In this document: positions 9,101 to 18,157 of the stretch, one piece after another | How the letters are laid out: the number at the start of each line of letters is the position of its first letter | How positions within the stretch are numbered: the first letter of the stretch is position 1 | DNA from: a virus | Lineage: Duplodnaviria > Caudoviricetes | Virus record (IMG/VR): IMGVR_UViG_3300032216_001242 | Coordinates: 1 to 27,871 of that record | DNA: 27,871 nt | Direction: 5' to 3' (one strand) | Translations under genes and position numbers: made by a program | Notes under the pieces: model-generated | What the model was told of the DNA's origin: nothing | Database searches by the model: none | What the model saw: the letters and a program-made list of their open reading frames with translations, nothing else

Positions 9101-10597
9101 GGCCAGAAGCTGGGCTTCCTCTGCCTGCGTGCGGGTCGCCAGACCCTCCAGACGGCGGTGGTCCTTTGCCAGACTGGTCAGGCGATTGCGCCATTCCAAC
9201 GCCTGACGGCGGGCGTATTCTTCGGTTTTGATCCAGCCCGTATTGACTGCCTCGATCTCCGCCTGCTTGAAGAACCCGTCCACTATGGGCAGGGCCTTGC
9301 CGATGGAGTCGCGCATGGCTTCTCCCAAGACCTTGCCGTTGATTTCCGTAGGGATTTCGCCGCTGGTGCGAGCGTGGAACACCGCCTTGTTGAAGTCTTG
9401 GAAGGTGATCCGTCCGTCATCAGCACGGCGCAGCAGCTCCCGAGAAGCGTCCGCCGTGCGCTGCGCCGTGGCTCGCACGTTCAAACCACCGATGGTCATC
9501 GACTCGCCACCGCTCAACGCGCTGATCCACAGGCTTTCCATTTTTGCGTAGGTGTCTTTGGACATGGCAACCCAGCGGCCTGAGCGCAGGAACGCCGACT
9601 GCATGGTCGCTAGTCCCTGCTCGTTGCCTTTGGTCTTGATCGAAAACTCGCCGCCAATGGCTTCCGCCAAATCGCCAAGGGCTTGAAACCCCGACGACAC
9701 CAGCCGCATGAATGGGTTAGAGCTGCCCGCAATGACTTCCGCACCATACGCCGAAGCAATGCCAGCTCCGCCTTCTTTAGTCTCGCGCACTTCGTAAGTG
9801 GCGTTAGGCAGGATTTTGGGAGCTTGTTCTTCCGCAACAGCCCCCGTTTCAGACGTGACGTGGCCTGCGATCTTGGAGGCAGCCCCCTCGCCCTCGCCCG
9901 CAGGGTGAATGTTTGCCGCCAGCGGCATACCCTCAGCAGAACGCGCGCGGGTCTCCAACGGCACGATGCCAAACATTTCATCTTTGGCGCGTTGTTCGGC
10001 AATGAACTCGGAGCCCAAACGTCCAGCCGCCTCGGTGCCCATCCTGCCGACGAAGCCGCCAATGAACGCGCCGAAGAACGCAGCGTATTTCATCTTGGCC
10101 AATTCTTCGTCAATATGCGCCGTAGGGTCCACGCTCATCGTGACCGCACCTTCAGCGGCCTGCATGGCTCCAACCGCAAGGCCCGTTTTGATTGCGCCGC
10201 GCACAAAACCTGCGCCCATGACGCCGGGCAAGGGCAGATAGTTGATGGGGTCGAACGCCGCCGACACCAGCCCCGTCCAAAGCGAGCCGTCCTCGTCCTC
10301 CATGCGGCGATATTCGGTGTTCTTGTCGATCCGCTGCTTGATGGCGAAGGTCTGAGAAGGCGAGCGCGAGCTGAGAAACCACTCGGAGTATTTCTCGTAA
10401 CCCTTCAATTCCCCTGTCTCATAGGGATTGTAGCCCTGCTGGGCGGGGATCATGTTCTCGTAATGCTGGTTGTAGACTTGCGCCACAGGGCCAAGCAGCA
10501 CCGACGCGCCAATGACGCTCAGGGCGTCGGCGGCTGGACGAGCTGCGCCTTGCTGCGGCAGGGTGGCAAGCGGAGCGTATTCAAAATCATCAGCCAT
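6143..10597 (-). CDS. Large internal virion (ejection) protein with central HExxH zincin-like insert
   Basis: 1484 aa helical protein in the T7 gp16-like position; LKLPFQFMSW C-terminal motif; VFLHEFSHAVD and EWFAE. Confidence 0.7.
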   Translation of the reverse strand: MADDFEYAPLATLPQQGAARPAADALSVIGASVLLGPVAQVYNQHYENMIPAQQGYNPYETGELKGYEKYSEWFLSSRSPSQTFAIKQRIDKNTEYRRMEDEDGSLWTGLVSAAFDPINYLPLPGVMGAGFVRGAIKTGLAVGAMQAAEGAVTMSVDPTAHIDEELAKMKYAAFFGAFIGGFVGRMGTEAAGRLGSEFIAEQRAKDEMFGIVPLETRARSAEGMPLAANIHPAGEGEGAASKIAGHVTSETGAVAEEQAPKILPNATYEVRETKEGGAGIASAYGAEVIAGSSNPFMRLVSSGFQALGDLAEAIGGEFSIKTKGNEQGLATMQSAFLRSGRWVAMSKDTYAKMESLWISALSGGESMTIGGLNVRATAQRTADASRELLRRADDGRITFQDFNKAVFHARTSGEIPTEINGKVLGEAMRDSIGKALPIVDGFFKQAEIEAVNTGWIKTEEYARRQALEWRNRLTSLAKDHRRLEGLATRTQAEEAQLLATNRALFDVVSRVKRIDYDRIASDAELAAIVDRNMDVVRNTQADAQVKFDALSATVEADKRIRQELADELQARLASGHELTPEQMELLDSLTSPEVKPVESTVRGGEVDPAAAEPRDKDWHSVFDQHGPRRADSPGTIDVPKHLAQLQDLSNLLAGHFDIPEVKVWMGDPVNPLRGGDMNYSDAVSKGGEMILNVHHNPMENLVVFLHEFSHAVDFNIFMNLAPAEKKAVQDAYQAWRRGVDNKSLHQVDNTAVLTGERDQAFSSLPANYQAYRADFVEWFAEQGVSWLTTDRAPTTAIESVFKGVADQWANLYRTVTGRDGTAVEMEKLFATRWKTGGQTLDQFLQGAPELQTALDNLKAAAERRSPALDALHAESDELLAKIMRGDIKFAGPSNEKNYLPHQWNVEKVLQDQAGPQRLNAILEQHFKDVPSDLHHPSPAEGARAFIGALITKDEDVIRTTSERLGWSNNRNRQLSISGEKIADFVETDVSQLIHNYAQRGGTGIEYSRMFKGDPLAKDAIHDAYIQAAKEWKGSKDEYVQAMRGWSRDIEVLMRTAQMRMGAGLALTADRVVIDTAVNFVNTALMGGVVKSAIVEAARPIMVHGLDRMIGFTLNGLIGQFDTFKAVLGDLRPLINEGWDVSHGMQAANWMADHGPRRATQTPLAKWMSEKTGGFNNFAQGHYFVMSGLAHITDMLKNYTMVMSSHFMIEDIRTLASGAADKRLASNLAAYGIDEGIAKAMMDMPIQKATYLNVPNLGKWEDQELAIKFASAVQGENRRIIVTPGPTDKTDIGQGFLYGKDGSKRDIAMLKLPFQFMSWGIAANNKVLLSALQGRDSGVMSGIIALTGMGYMSAWMKSSDAQWDKMSFLDKMTTAFELSGVAAGLTDINKTIEFGTNNTYGLRPALGLQPAFRSHHPDVDLATTPFGAVGSTAVKLYDVFTDPYMSRDQRANTIRRAVPLNNIPYLSNVFKWGQEAAMYGQEKMF

Positions 10598-13490
10598 TCA
10601 GCCACCTATTGACGCGATCACGAAACCAGAAAGGAGTTTGTGGCAGCGACGACGAACTCTTGTTGCCGCCCCATGCAACGGGATTGTCGCGGAAATCGAC
10701 ATGAATGCTGTCCGAATTGGGGTAGTAGCCAACGCCGCCTGTTTTGGGATGCGCCAGCACTTGGTCGAGAAAGTCGCCTTTCTGCTCAAGCGTCATTCCT
10801 CTCAAGCTAAAGTCCATGGCGTTGCCGCTCAAATGCTGGCTGTTCTTGACCCCACCGACCTCGTGGTTGTGCTGTTCGCCACGGAAGCCCGACGTCATCA
10901 CCAGCGCGGGATGGTCTTTCAATAGCGTAGTGGCAAACTCTTTGATCTCAGGCTTGAGGCTGTTGAACACCACTTGCCCTTGGATTTGCGTCTTTGGCAG
11001 CGCGCCGTCCTTGGATGCTGCGCCCGAACCAGACGTCTCGGCATAAGGCGTTGGGCTGGTCGGCGGACGATTTCCTGCCTCCAAGCTGACATTGTTGACG
11101 ACAACATCAGGCAAGCGACCTTCGTCGGTGGACGCGCCAGCGGGAGCCGTAGTCGCGGATGCCTTGACGTTCTTCTTTTCAAACCGTGCGGGGGGCTCGC
11201 CTTGCGTGTTCTGACTTTTGATCAAAACGTCGTCGATATTAATGTTACGCAGCTCGACGGGAGTCAATTTTGGTTGTGCAGCTGCTACAGGCAACGGCGC
11301 GGGCGGCTGCTGCGATGCTGCGGCTGCACTCAATTCTTCGGATCCGCTCACGTCGGAAATTTTGTCGTTTTCCTGCTTGGTGCGCACCCTGTTGGAGTTG
11401 TTCTCGTTGATCACGTCTTGAATGTGCTGCGTCTGGGACGCGGCGGCTTTCTTCAAGTCGATCTGAACGGCGATAAAATTTTTATCCACAATGGGATGTT
11501 GCTGATTGTGAGAGTCGATGTAGGCCAGCGCAAACGTCCCGTTGCTCTGCGGCACTAATTTGACGTTGCCGCTGCCGTCCGCATTGTAGCGAGCGTCTTC
11601 TGGGATTTTAGTTCCGCCGGGCAAGGTGAAGCGGTTGGGCGGGCCTTCTGGCACAGGCTCAGAAAGCGTGACCGCAGCCCCATTCGCAGGGTCTATGACA
11701 GGCATGTTGGCCGCAATTTGCGCAGCTCGGTTGTTGGGGTCGATGATCTGTTTGATCAAAGGCGCAATGTAGTCGCGCGAGGGCTGGCCTTTTGTGTCCA
11801 ACGACATTGGGGAAGCATTTTGCGATTTTACCCAAGGAACGATAGCAGACGGGTCGTTGCTGAACTGCAACGTGAATTTCTCCGCCGCAGATTTGATGGC
11901 TCTGTCAGGTTTCAAACCATACGCTAGCATGTTTTCAGCGTTGTAAAGCAACGAATGCCGAGCATCCGCTGGCAAATCAATGTATTTGGCTCCTTTCAAA
12001 TAGCTGTCAAAAGCACTATACATATCGGTTTCTTTAAGGGTGTCGTTGCCCAGCTTCATTTCCGCCAAAAGCTTTTTTCCGCGCTCGCCTTCCACAACCG
12101 GCACATGATTTTTAATGGCGGTTCGCGCGATAGTTGCTGCGGCTTCAGGCGTAGAGCCGCCTATGGCCATGCTGTAATGCTCCATGAAAGCGCGGTCGGC
12201 GTCGCTCATGGATTGCAGGCCAACCGCCACAGGCCCTCCAGTGTTGCCGACGGTCTGCGAGTTTTTGAGCTGATTATAGACTTCAAAGCGGCGTTGAACG
12301 TCCTGCGACCCCAGCGCGGAGACGCCAGAGAAGAAGTTCTTCACCAGCTCGGATGGCATGAAGCCAAATTGCTGGATAGTTTTTTGCACGCCATCTGGCG
12401 TGTATAGGTTGACGTTATTGCGACGACCCCATTCCTCTACCATTGACTCAGTAATAGCAGGCGATTTACCGGGACTGTGACCGCGATAGCCGTCCAAATA
12501 TGGTTTCATAAAATCGTTGAACACGGCTTCGGTTTTCTGCGCATTGAACGTCGAAGTCCAGTTACTGTGGACCTGTTGCAGCTGGTTGATCAAAGCCTGC
12601 CGCTGACGCTGCGAAGGCAGATTGTCGTTGATCCATTTGGCGTCCACGCCCGCCACTTGACCATTGGGGTCGTAACCGCTGAGGACGCGGATCAGGCCGA
12701 CGAGGTCGCTGTCAAAAATCGTGTTGTTGCCGATGCGGTCGCGCACCTGTTTCATCACGGCGGCGGACGCCATGATTGACCTGTCTTCGATTTCGCGCAC
12801 CTTGGGGTCGTAAGAGCCGCCATGATTTTGAGCGATCAGCATGTCGCGGTCTTGCGCTAACCTCATCAAGCGGTCGCCTTCGGCTGTTATCCCGTTTGCA
12901 TAAGCGTTGCGCGCCTGATCCTCATAATCGTTGCGTATTTTTTCCGCGTCATGGATTGCCACCTCACGGTCGCGCTGCGCGTTAGTCACGAGGATATTGC
13001 GTTGCCGCTCGGCGATTTCGCGGATCATGGGAGCTTGCAGCTTGCCCGCAATTTCGGGAGGAAGGCTGCCCAAAACTGATTTAACATGCGTTTGCATCAA
13101 CACCCGAGCTGCTTCGGGATCATTAATTTTATCCGCATGAATGCGATTTAGCTCCAACTGCGTGTCTTGAAACACGACGTCAGCGTAGCGGGTGTCGAGC
13201 AGATCGTTGTAGATTTTAACCGAACCGCCGCCAAATGTCTCAGGCGGAGGCATCCGCTGGTAGTTGCCCTCCGCGTCCTTCATCAACGGAGCGGAGTAGG
13301 CGGCGATTTTGGCTTCTTTTTCGGACTGATCCTTGTATTCACGAAATCCTTGATCGAACACGCTTTCGCCAAGGTTCTGCCCCGCCTTGCCAATGTAGGC
13401 TCCAGTGTCGGGCAATTCCGTGCGAAAACGGCCGACCAGAGAAGTGCTGGGTTGGACGCCGATTTTCAGTTCGCTAAGTTGGACTGGCAT
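10590..13490 (-). CDS. Internal virion protein with C-terminal peptidase M15 (Zn peptidoglycan hydrolase) domain
   Basis: TSGFR..HN..VGGVKNSQHLSGNAMD..GGVGYY...IHVD motif set; helical N-terminal body; synteny with ejection proteins. Confidence 0.8.
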   Translation of the reverse strand: MPVQLSELKIGVQPSTSLVGRFRTELPDTGAYIGKAGQNLGESVFDQGFREYKDQSEKEAKIAAYSAPLMKDAEGNYQRMPPPETFGGGSVKIYNDLLDTRYADVVFQDTQLELNRIHADKINDPEAARVLMQTHVKSVLGSLPPEIAGKLQAPMIREIAERQRNILVTNAQRDREVAIHDAEKIRNDYEDQARNAYANGITAEGDRLMRLAQDRDMLIAQNHGGSYDPKVREIEDRSIMASAAVMKQVRDRIGNNTIFDSDLVGLIRVLSGYDPNGQVAGVDAKWINDNLPSQRQRQALINQLQQVHSNWTSTFNAQKTEAVFNDFMKPYLDGYRGHSPGKSPAITESMVEEWGRRNNVNLYTPDGVQKTIQQFGFMPSELVKNFFSGVSALGSQDVQRRFEVYNQLKNSQTVGNTGGPVAVGLQSMSDADRAFMEHYSMAIGGSTPEAAATIARTAIKNHVPVVEGERGKKLLAEMKLGNDTLKETDMYSAFDSYLKGAKYIDLPADARHSLLYNAENMLAYGLKPDRAIKSAAEKFTLQFSNDPSAIVPWVKSQNASPMSLDTKGQPSRDYIAPLIKQIIDPNNRAAQIAANMPVIDPANGAAVTLSEPVPEGPPNRFTLPGGTKIPEDARYNADGSGNVKLVPQSNGTFALAYIDSHNQQHPIVDKNFIAVQIDLKKAAASQTQHIQDVINENNSNRVRTKQENDKISDVSGSEELSAAAASQQPPAPLPVAAAQPKLTPVELRNINIDDVLIKSQNTQGEPPARFEKKNVKASATTAPAGASTDEGRLPDVVVNNVSLEAGNRPPTSPTPYAETSGSGAASKDGALPKTQIQGQVVFNSLKPEIKEFATTLLKDHPALVMTSGFRGEQHNHEVGGVKNSQHLSGNAMDFSLRGMTLEQKGDFLDQVLAHPKTGGVGYYPNSDSIHVDFRDNPVAWGGNKSSSSLPQTPFWFRDRVNRWLNG

Positions 13491-13497
13491 TTACGCC

Positions 13498-14013
13498 TCA
13501 CACTTTGTAATAATTGTATTGGCCATAGCCTTTGACCAACGAAGAGCCAGCATTAAGAATGCCGCCAGCCCATGCAGCTTGAGACGTCATGCCCGCTTTG
13601 GCCGTAGCGAACTGGCCCTCAACTTTGTTGACGCCAATCTGCTGAGAGATGCGGTTGATCTGATCATTGGAGTTAAGACGTAGCGTGGCGATGTCCGTGC
13701 GCATTTGCCGATCATTGAACTCTTGCGCGCCCTGCAAATAAGAATTGTTGGACGATACGCCCGACGCCGCGATGGAGGACTCGTTGACAGCGCGCAGCCG
13801 ACGCTCCTGCTCCAGCCGTTGACCCTCAGTCTGCTGCGCTTTCAGCATAGTCATTTGCTGCTCGTCTTTGAGCTGTTGGTTCTGAACCTCGATCTGATAG
13901 TTCCTAAACGCGGCTTCACTTTCAGCAGCGGCAGACGATGAGGCTGCACCCACGACGCTGGATGCGGCAGACATGGCCGCGCCTACAAGCATCATTTCAA
14001 CACCAGTGCACAT
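13498..14013 (-). CDS. Small internal virion protein (T7 gp14-like position)
   Basis: MCTGVEMMLVGAAMSAASS Gly/Ala-rich start and Gln-rich coiled coil; ATG 14013 overlaps the nozzle stop (TAATG). Confidence 0.75.
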   Translation of the reverse strand: MCTGVEMMLVGAAMSAASSVVGAASSSAAAESEAAFRNYQIEVQNQQLKDEQQMTMLKAQQTEGQRLEQERRLRAVNESSIAASGVSSNNSYLQGAQEFNDRQMRTDIATLRLNSNDQINRISQQIGVNKVEGQFATAKAGMTSQAAWAGGILNAGSSLVKGYGQYNYYKV

Positions 14014-16205
14014 TATCCCACCACCTTGTAACGCATAGCCAAAACGCGGACGGGCAAGGGCTCGTCCTGTGTGATCGTGATGCTGGGCTGGCGCGTGTAG
14101 CCCTTCAGATTGAACCTGTAGACGCCGTTGGCGCGCGCGGGCGCGGACTCGATGCTGTCCACCACGTCGCGCAAGATTAGCTGCTGGCCCGCAATGGTCA
14201 GCGACAGGGAGCTTTCCAGCCAGCACAGCACCTGAGCAATCCGCTGAAGGTCGCCGAGCTGCGAGCCCGTGGGCAGTTGCAGATGCGGTGGCATAGTCTG
14301 AAGCGTCGTCGTGTAGTTGTAGCCGACCGTGATGCTGGTCACGGCGTCCGATACGGTGATCTGGTTTGAGCCGTTTACCGTAAAGGTGCCCATGAAAAAT
14401 TCGCCCGAGATCACGCAGACGCTCTGACCCGCGTAGCGGCTGTCTACCGTCCACGTCGTCTGAGCCGTCGAGTTGGTGTAAGTCATGGCGCAATCAATCG
14501 ACAGGCTGTCGTCAGGTTGAAGCTGCTCAAGGTAATAAGTGCCGTTGCGCAAGCACACCATATAGAGCGTGTTGCCCAGCCCACAGATGGAATAGATCGT
14601 GTGTCCGCTTTGCAGTTGCCAGGGCGTCCAGCCCGCTAGCTTCTCGGAGCGCGCCGAATGGAACACGGCCAGTGTGCCGTCGGCCTTCAAGAACAAAGCG
14701 TATTGTTCGCCGCGCTGCGTCGTGCCTTGCAAGACCGCCAGCTCCTTGGGGTCTTTGATCATGTGCCCGACGAGGAACGAGACGTTGGTCGAATTGTAGG
14801 AGGCTTCGACGTCCGCATAGAGGAACTCGCGGATGGTGCGCAAATTCGCCTGAGCAAACAATGTTGCGCCGTCGAACGGGGCAGGGCGAATGCTTGAGCA
14901 GCCAAACGGGGTTTGCCGCACCACGACAAAGTTGCCGGGCGTCAGGGTCTGCTGCGTCGTTTGACGCGGGCAATAGAACTCGCCTGCGCCCGTGAAGATT
15001 TGCAGATGGCGGTTGGACACCAGATGCTTGATGGCCGAGCCCTGATCCGAGCCAATAGTAGCTTGGATGCTCTCGTTCTCGAGGCCGTCTTTCACTTGGA
15101 AGCAATAGAAGCGGTTGATCCAAGAGGACCAGATGCCTGTTGGCTTGGACGGGGAGCCCCCGAACCAGAGCCGCTGCTCGTGGAACGTGACGGCTTTGGG
15201 CCAGCCGCGCACGGCGGAGAACACCTGTTCATACCATTTGCGAGTCGGCATCCCCGCCACTTGAAAGCGCACGTTGGGTCCGCCGCCGTCGATTGCGCCC
15301 GTGGCCGACGTCGTCACCGTGAAGGAATAGGAATCGTTGTCGATGACCGTGATGGTCTTGGTGGTGTTAAACTCCGTCGCGGCGATGGTCGTCGCGCCGC
15401 TGCTGGCCGCCGTGACGATGGCGTTGGCCCCAGAAATCGTGATGGTTGCTCCCGTAGAAAGGCCATGCGCGATATGCGTGACTTCCACCGTAGTGCTGCC
15501 GACCTTAGTGCGGAATGGGTTGGTGTCGTATTTGCCTTCCAGCGTGCCGTTGATGGTGGCCGTGGCCGACGTCGTGCTGGCCACCGCCGTGATGGTGACT
15601 TCCGTGTCGTAAATTTTGAAGCGCGCGCCGACGTGCAGCGAAGAGAACAGGGCCGTGCTGCATGTCAGCGTGGTTGTCCCAGTGGAGGCTGACGAGGTCA
15701 AAGTGGCCGTCGCGTCGAGGAACTGGTCGTAGGGCTGGAACACAAAGTTGTTGTTGATCGAGGTCTCAAAGGCAAACAAGCCAATGGTCCAAGACGCGGA
15801 GGTCACGCGCTTGATGGCGCGCGGCTGGTAGCTGGGGTGGCACAGGATCAGCGTGTCGCCGAGCTGCGCAAAGGTTATGTCCGACAGTTCGCTCAAGGCC
15901 CAAGGGCTAGTCAGGGTGGCAATCAGCGCGCCCGCTGTCGAATAGATGCGCGTCTGCGCCGCCTGAAGCGCGACCAGATAGCGGTTGTCCACGTCGTAAT
16001 CAAAGGGGATGACGCGCGTCGCGCCGCTCAGGGCGGCCTGATAGTTGGTGCCGGGCCTGCGCATGACGCCGCCCGTAGCCAGCAGCGCATAGTTGAGCAG
16101 GCTCTGCGCCCCGTTCTGATAGGCGGCGGTGTCCGCGCGGCCCTTCATCTTGGGGTCCAGCTCGCCGGACGTAAAGTTGGTTTGCAGGATGTTGAACTTG
16201 GCCAT
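14013..16205 (-). CDS. Tail tubular protein B / nozzle
   Basis: QTNFTSGELDP, GGVMRRPGT, GWPKAVTFHEQRLWFGG motifs; follows the adaptor gene. Confidence 0.85.
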   Translation of the reverse strand: MAKFNILQTNFTSGELDPKMKGRADTAAYQNGAQSLLNYALLATGGVMRRPGTNYQAALSGATRVIPFDYDVDNRYLVALQAAQTRIYSTAGALIATLTSPWALSELSDITFAQLGDTLILCHPSYQPRAIKRVTSASWTIGLFAFETSINNNFVFQPYDQFLDATATLTSSASTGTTTLTCSTALFSSLHVGARFKIYDTEVTITAVASTTSATATINGTLEGKYDTNPFRTKVGSTTVEVTHIAHGLSTGATITISGANAIVTAASSGATTIAATEFNTTKTITVIDNDSYSFTVTTSATGAIDGGGPNVRFQVAGMPTRKWYEQVFSAVRGWPKAVTFHEQRLWFGGSPSKPTGIWSSWINRFYCFQVKDGLENESIQATIGSDQGSAIKHLVSNRHLQIFTGAGEFYCPRQTTQQTLTPGNFVVVRQTPFGCSSIRPAPFDGATLFAQANLRTIREFLYADVEASYNSTNVSFLVGHMIKDPKELAVLQGTTQRGEQYALFLKADGTLAVFHSARSEKLAGWTPWQLQSGHTIYSICGLGNTLYMVCLRNGTYYLEQLQPDDSLSIDCAMTYTNSTAQTTWTVDSRYAGQSVCVISGEFFMGTFTVNGSNQITVSDAVTSITVGYNYTTTLQTMPPHLQLPTGSQLGDLQRIAQVLCWLESSLSLTIAGQQLILRDVVDSIESAPARANGVYRFNLKGYTRQPSITITQDEPLPVRVLAMRYKVVG

Positions 16206-16795
16206 CAGTAGGTTCCGCTGAGACGGCCACGGCGAGCGTCGGTGAACCTCGTTGTCTTGATGTGCTTGGTCGTGACGCTCTGAGCGTCGAGGTTCTTGGC
16301 CAATCCAAACTGACGCAGCGAGCGTTTCTCGAAACGTTCAGCCAAATCCTCGCGGTCGCCGACGGGCGTGGACAGCAAGCTGGCCAGCTCATAGACGACG
16401 AGGCTGACAAAGTAGCCCGGCCATTTGCTCTCGTCGTTCAGCACCACATATTCGGCGTAGACTGCGTCGGTGCTGGCCGCGTTGCAGACGATCTTGTCTT
16501 CCATGCGGTCGTATTCGATGGGCTCGTCGCTGACGGTGACGGTCTCAAGGATGGCCAGATCAGATGGCAGTTGATAGGCCGCATCCCAACGCGCGTCGGG
16601 CGTGGCCGACAGGCGGGACAACTGGGCTTGAACGTGAGCAAACCGCCAGCGGTAACGGCTGATCAGGTCTTCCACCACGCCGGGATAGATTTGCGCCGCG
16701 CTCTCGGACTCAGTCGAGCCGTCGCTGAGAGAGCTGATGCGCTCGGCTCCCAGCAGGACCAGTGCCCGATTGATGATCTCGATGTTGGACGCCAT
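16205..16795 (-). CDS. Tail tubular protein A / head-tail adaptor
   Basis: IEIINRALVLLG..I, WRFA, AYQLPSD motifs; synteny. Confidence 0.85.
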   Translation of the reverse strand: MASNIEIINRALVLLGAERISSLSDGSTESESAAQIYPGVVEDLISRYRWRFAHVQAQLSRLSATPDARWDAAYQLPSDLAILETVTVSDEPIEYDRMEDKIVCNAASTDAVYAEYVVLNDESKWPGYFVSLVVYELASLLSTPVGDREDLAERFEKRSLRQFGLAKNLDAQSVTTKHIKTTRFTDARRGRLSGTY

Positions 16796-16810
16796 GATCC
16801 CTCACATTTG

Positions 16811-16857
16811 AAAACGAGAGGATGAGCGTGGTTGTCAAGACTCAGCTCACCCTCTCG
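16811..16857 (-). terminator. Terminator hairpin after the capsid genes
   Basis: CGAGAGGGTGAGC...GCTCATCCTCTCG followed by TTTT on the minus strand. Confidence 0.7.
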
Positions 16858-16883
16858 CCTATTCCCCCAACCCCCGAGGGAAA

Positions 16884-17144
16884 TTAGGTGGCAGTTACGC
16901 CTTCAGTCGCAGAAGTCGTAACAGTCGCAGCACCAGTGGCGGACGTTACAAAGATGTTGTCGAAAGTCGGCGTGCCGCCCGTCGTCGCAACAACGTGAAT
17001 AATGTCGAACTGGCGCAGCCAATCGGTGACGTTGTTAAAGTAGCCAGACGCCGTAACGGTTGAAATGGTGTCTGCTGTTTCATAGGTGAAGATTTGCTTA
17101 GACGCGCCAGCCATCTTCACGAGTTTGGTAGAGTCGAGAGCCAT
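16884..17144 (-). CDS. Small virion protein downstream of the major capsid gene (possible decoration protein)
   Basis: 86 aa Thr-rich beta protein, Y.T.D...TV..SGYFN motif; AAAGGA RBS. Confidence 0.65.
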   Translation of the reverse strand: MALDSTKLVKMAGASKQIFTYETADTISTVTASGYFNNVTDWLRQFDIIHVVATTGGTPTFDNIFVTSATGAATVTTSATEGVTAT

Positions 17145-17188
17145 GATGAAGTCCTTTCAAAACTAAACGGGCAAGGAAGAAGCTACGA

Positions 17189-18010
17189 TTACTCGTAGCA
17201 TTCCACGCGCTGCACGCCGAGGTTGTCGATCAGGATTGCGCCTTGGCTCATGTTGGCGTTGTAGAAGAACGCCGCCTTTTCCGCGATCCAATCCCACTGG
17301 GTGGAGACTTCCGCGCCCGACGCAAAACCAAGCGAGCTGCGGTGATAAGCCAGTGTGGAGCGAAGGTTGCCAGATTTGCCAAGGCCGGAGTGGGTATACC
17401 ACATGAAGCCCATCCAGCGTTTGGCGATCATGCCGCCTTTGTAGGGCAGTTCGTCATAGCCGACATAGTCGGCGTCCGAGAACGCATTGATGCCAAGCAA
17501 GTTGGTCCACTGAGCAGGCCCAATCACCCAGTAACGCTCGCCATCATCAGGGATGTCCGAGTTACCAAACAGGTTGAAGGTGACGTTGATCTTGGTGGTG
17601 GTCAGGCCGTTGCTGCCGCTTTCGGTCTGGGTCTGCGAAGTGGTGGCGGCGGCTGCGATCAAGAGGTCGTCGGTCTTACGACCGAGCGCGCCAGCAGCCG
17701 AGGCGACAACCGCGCCGCGTTCGTCGTGCTGGATTTTCAACTCATCGAGCTTGTCCACATAGTCGGCAGCATAGTAGTCGGCCAGCGAGCATGTGACGTT
17801 GGTGTGCGCCAGAGACATAGTCGGGACCATGCCGTGACGGGATTTCTGCGCCGCAGTGCCCTTGCCGATGATCTGGAAGGTGGTGTCCTTGCCGACTACG
17901 CCAGACTTGGAGCGGACGGTGTTACGCATCTTGGTGCCCATACGCTGATAAGCCAGATGGACTTCGCTTTCGAACTGTTTGACGAAGGCTGTATCAATAG
18001 ACTGAGACAT
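17189..18010 (-). CDS. Major capsid protein (BPP-1 Bbp17-like)
   Basis: AFVKQFESEVHLAYQRMG, DYVDKLDELK, ALGRKTD motifs; follows the scaffold. Confidence 0.9.
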   Translation of the reverse strand: MSQSIDTAFVKQFESEVHLAYQRMGTKMRNTVRSKSGVVGKDTTFQIIGKGTAAQKSRHGMVPTMSLAHTNVTCSLADYYAADYVDKLDELKIQHDERGAVVASAAGALGRKTDDLLIAAAATTSQTQTESGSNGLTTTKINVTFNLFGNSDIPDDGERYWVIGPAQWTNLLGINAFSDADYVGYDELPYKGGMIAKRWMGFMWYTHSGLGKSGNLRSTLAYHRSSLGFASGAEVSTQWDWIAEKAAFFYNANMSQGAILIDNLGVQRVECYE

Positions 18011-18120
18011 GGTGGTCCCCTTTGTGTTCCGGTTTAAGGTTCAAAGGTTGTCCGCCTGATGCAGCCTATTGGAGTTGTCCTTGCGGGCTCCTAGACGCTT
18101 GCGGGCCTAGTAGGCCCAAA
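18011..18120 (-). promoter_or_regulatory. Structured 5' leader of the major capsid gene
   Basis: Inverted repeat GGGCCTA-C-TAGGCCC and two hairpins each with a 3' ACAA bulge (GGACAAC). Confidence 0.5.
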
Positions 18121-18143
18121 AAGACAGGGCATGGCTATTTGGA

Positions 18144-18157
18144 CAATGCACAAGTCA
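18144..18157 (-). promoter_or_regulatory. Late motif copy upstream of the major capsid gene (TGACTTGTGCATTG)
   Basis: Overlaps the GNAT stop; precedes the capsid leader. Confidence 0.65.

Noticed and set aside
6353-9583. Long plus-strand ORFs (653 aa and 420 aa)
   Set aside because: Antisense shadows of the GC3-biased 1484-aa gene; no RBS or recognisable motifs
14014-14493. N-terminal extension of the 331-aa ORF 13498..14493
   Set aside because: Overlaps the nozzle gene out of frame; the likely start is ATG 14013 (TAATG coupling, MCTG start)
17163-17402. Alternative-frame ORF at the capsid 3' end as a possible frameshift extension
   Set aside because: It ends only 26 nt past the capsid stop and no convincing slippery site was seen
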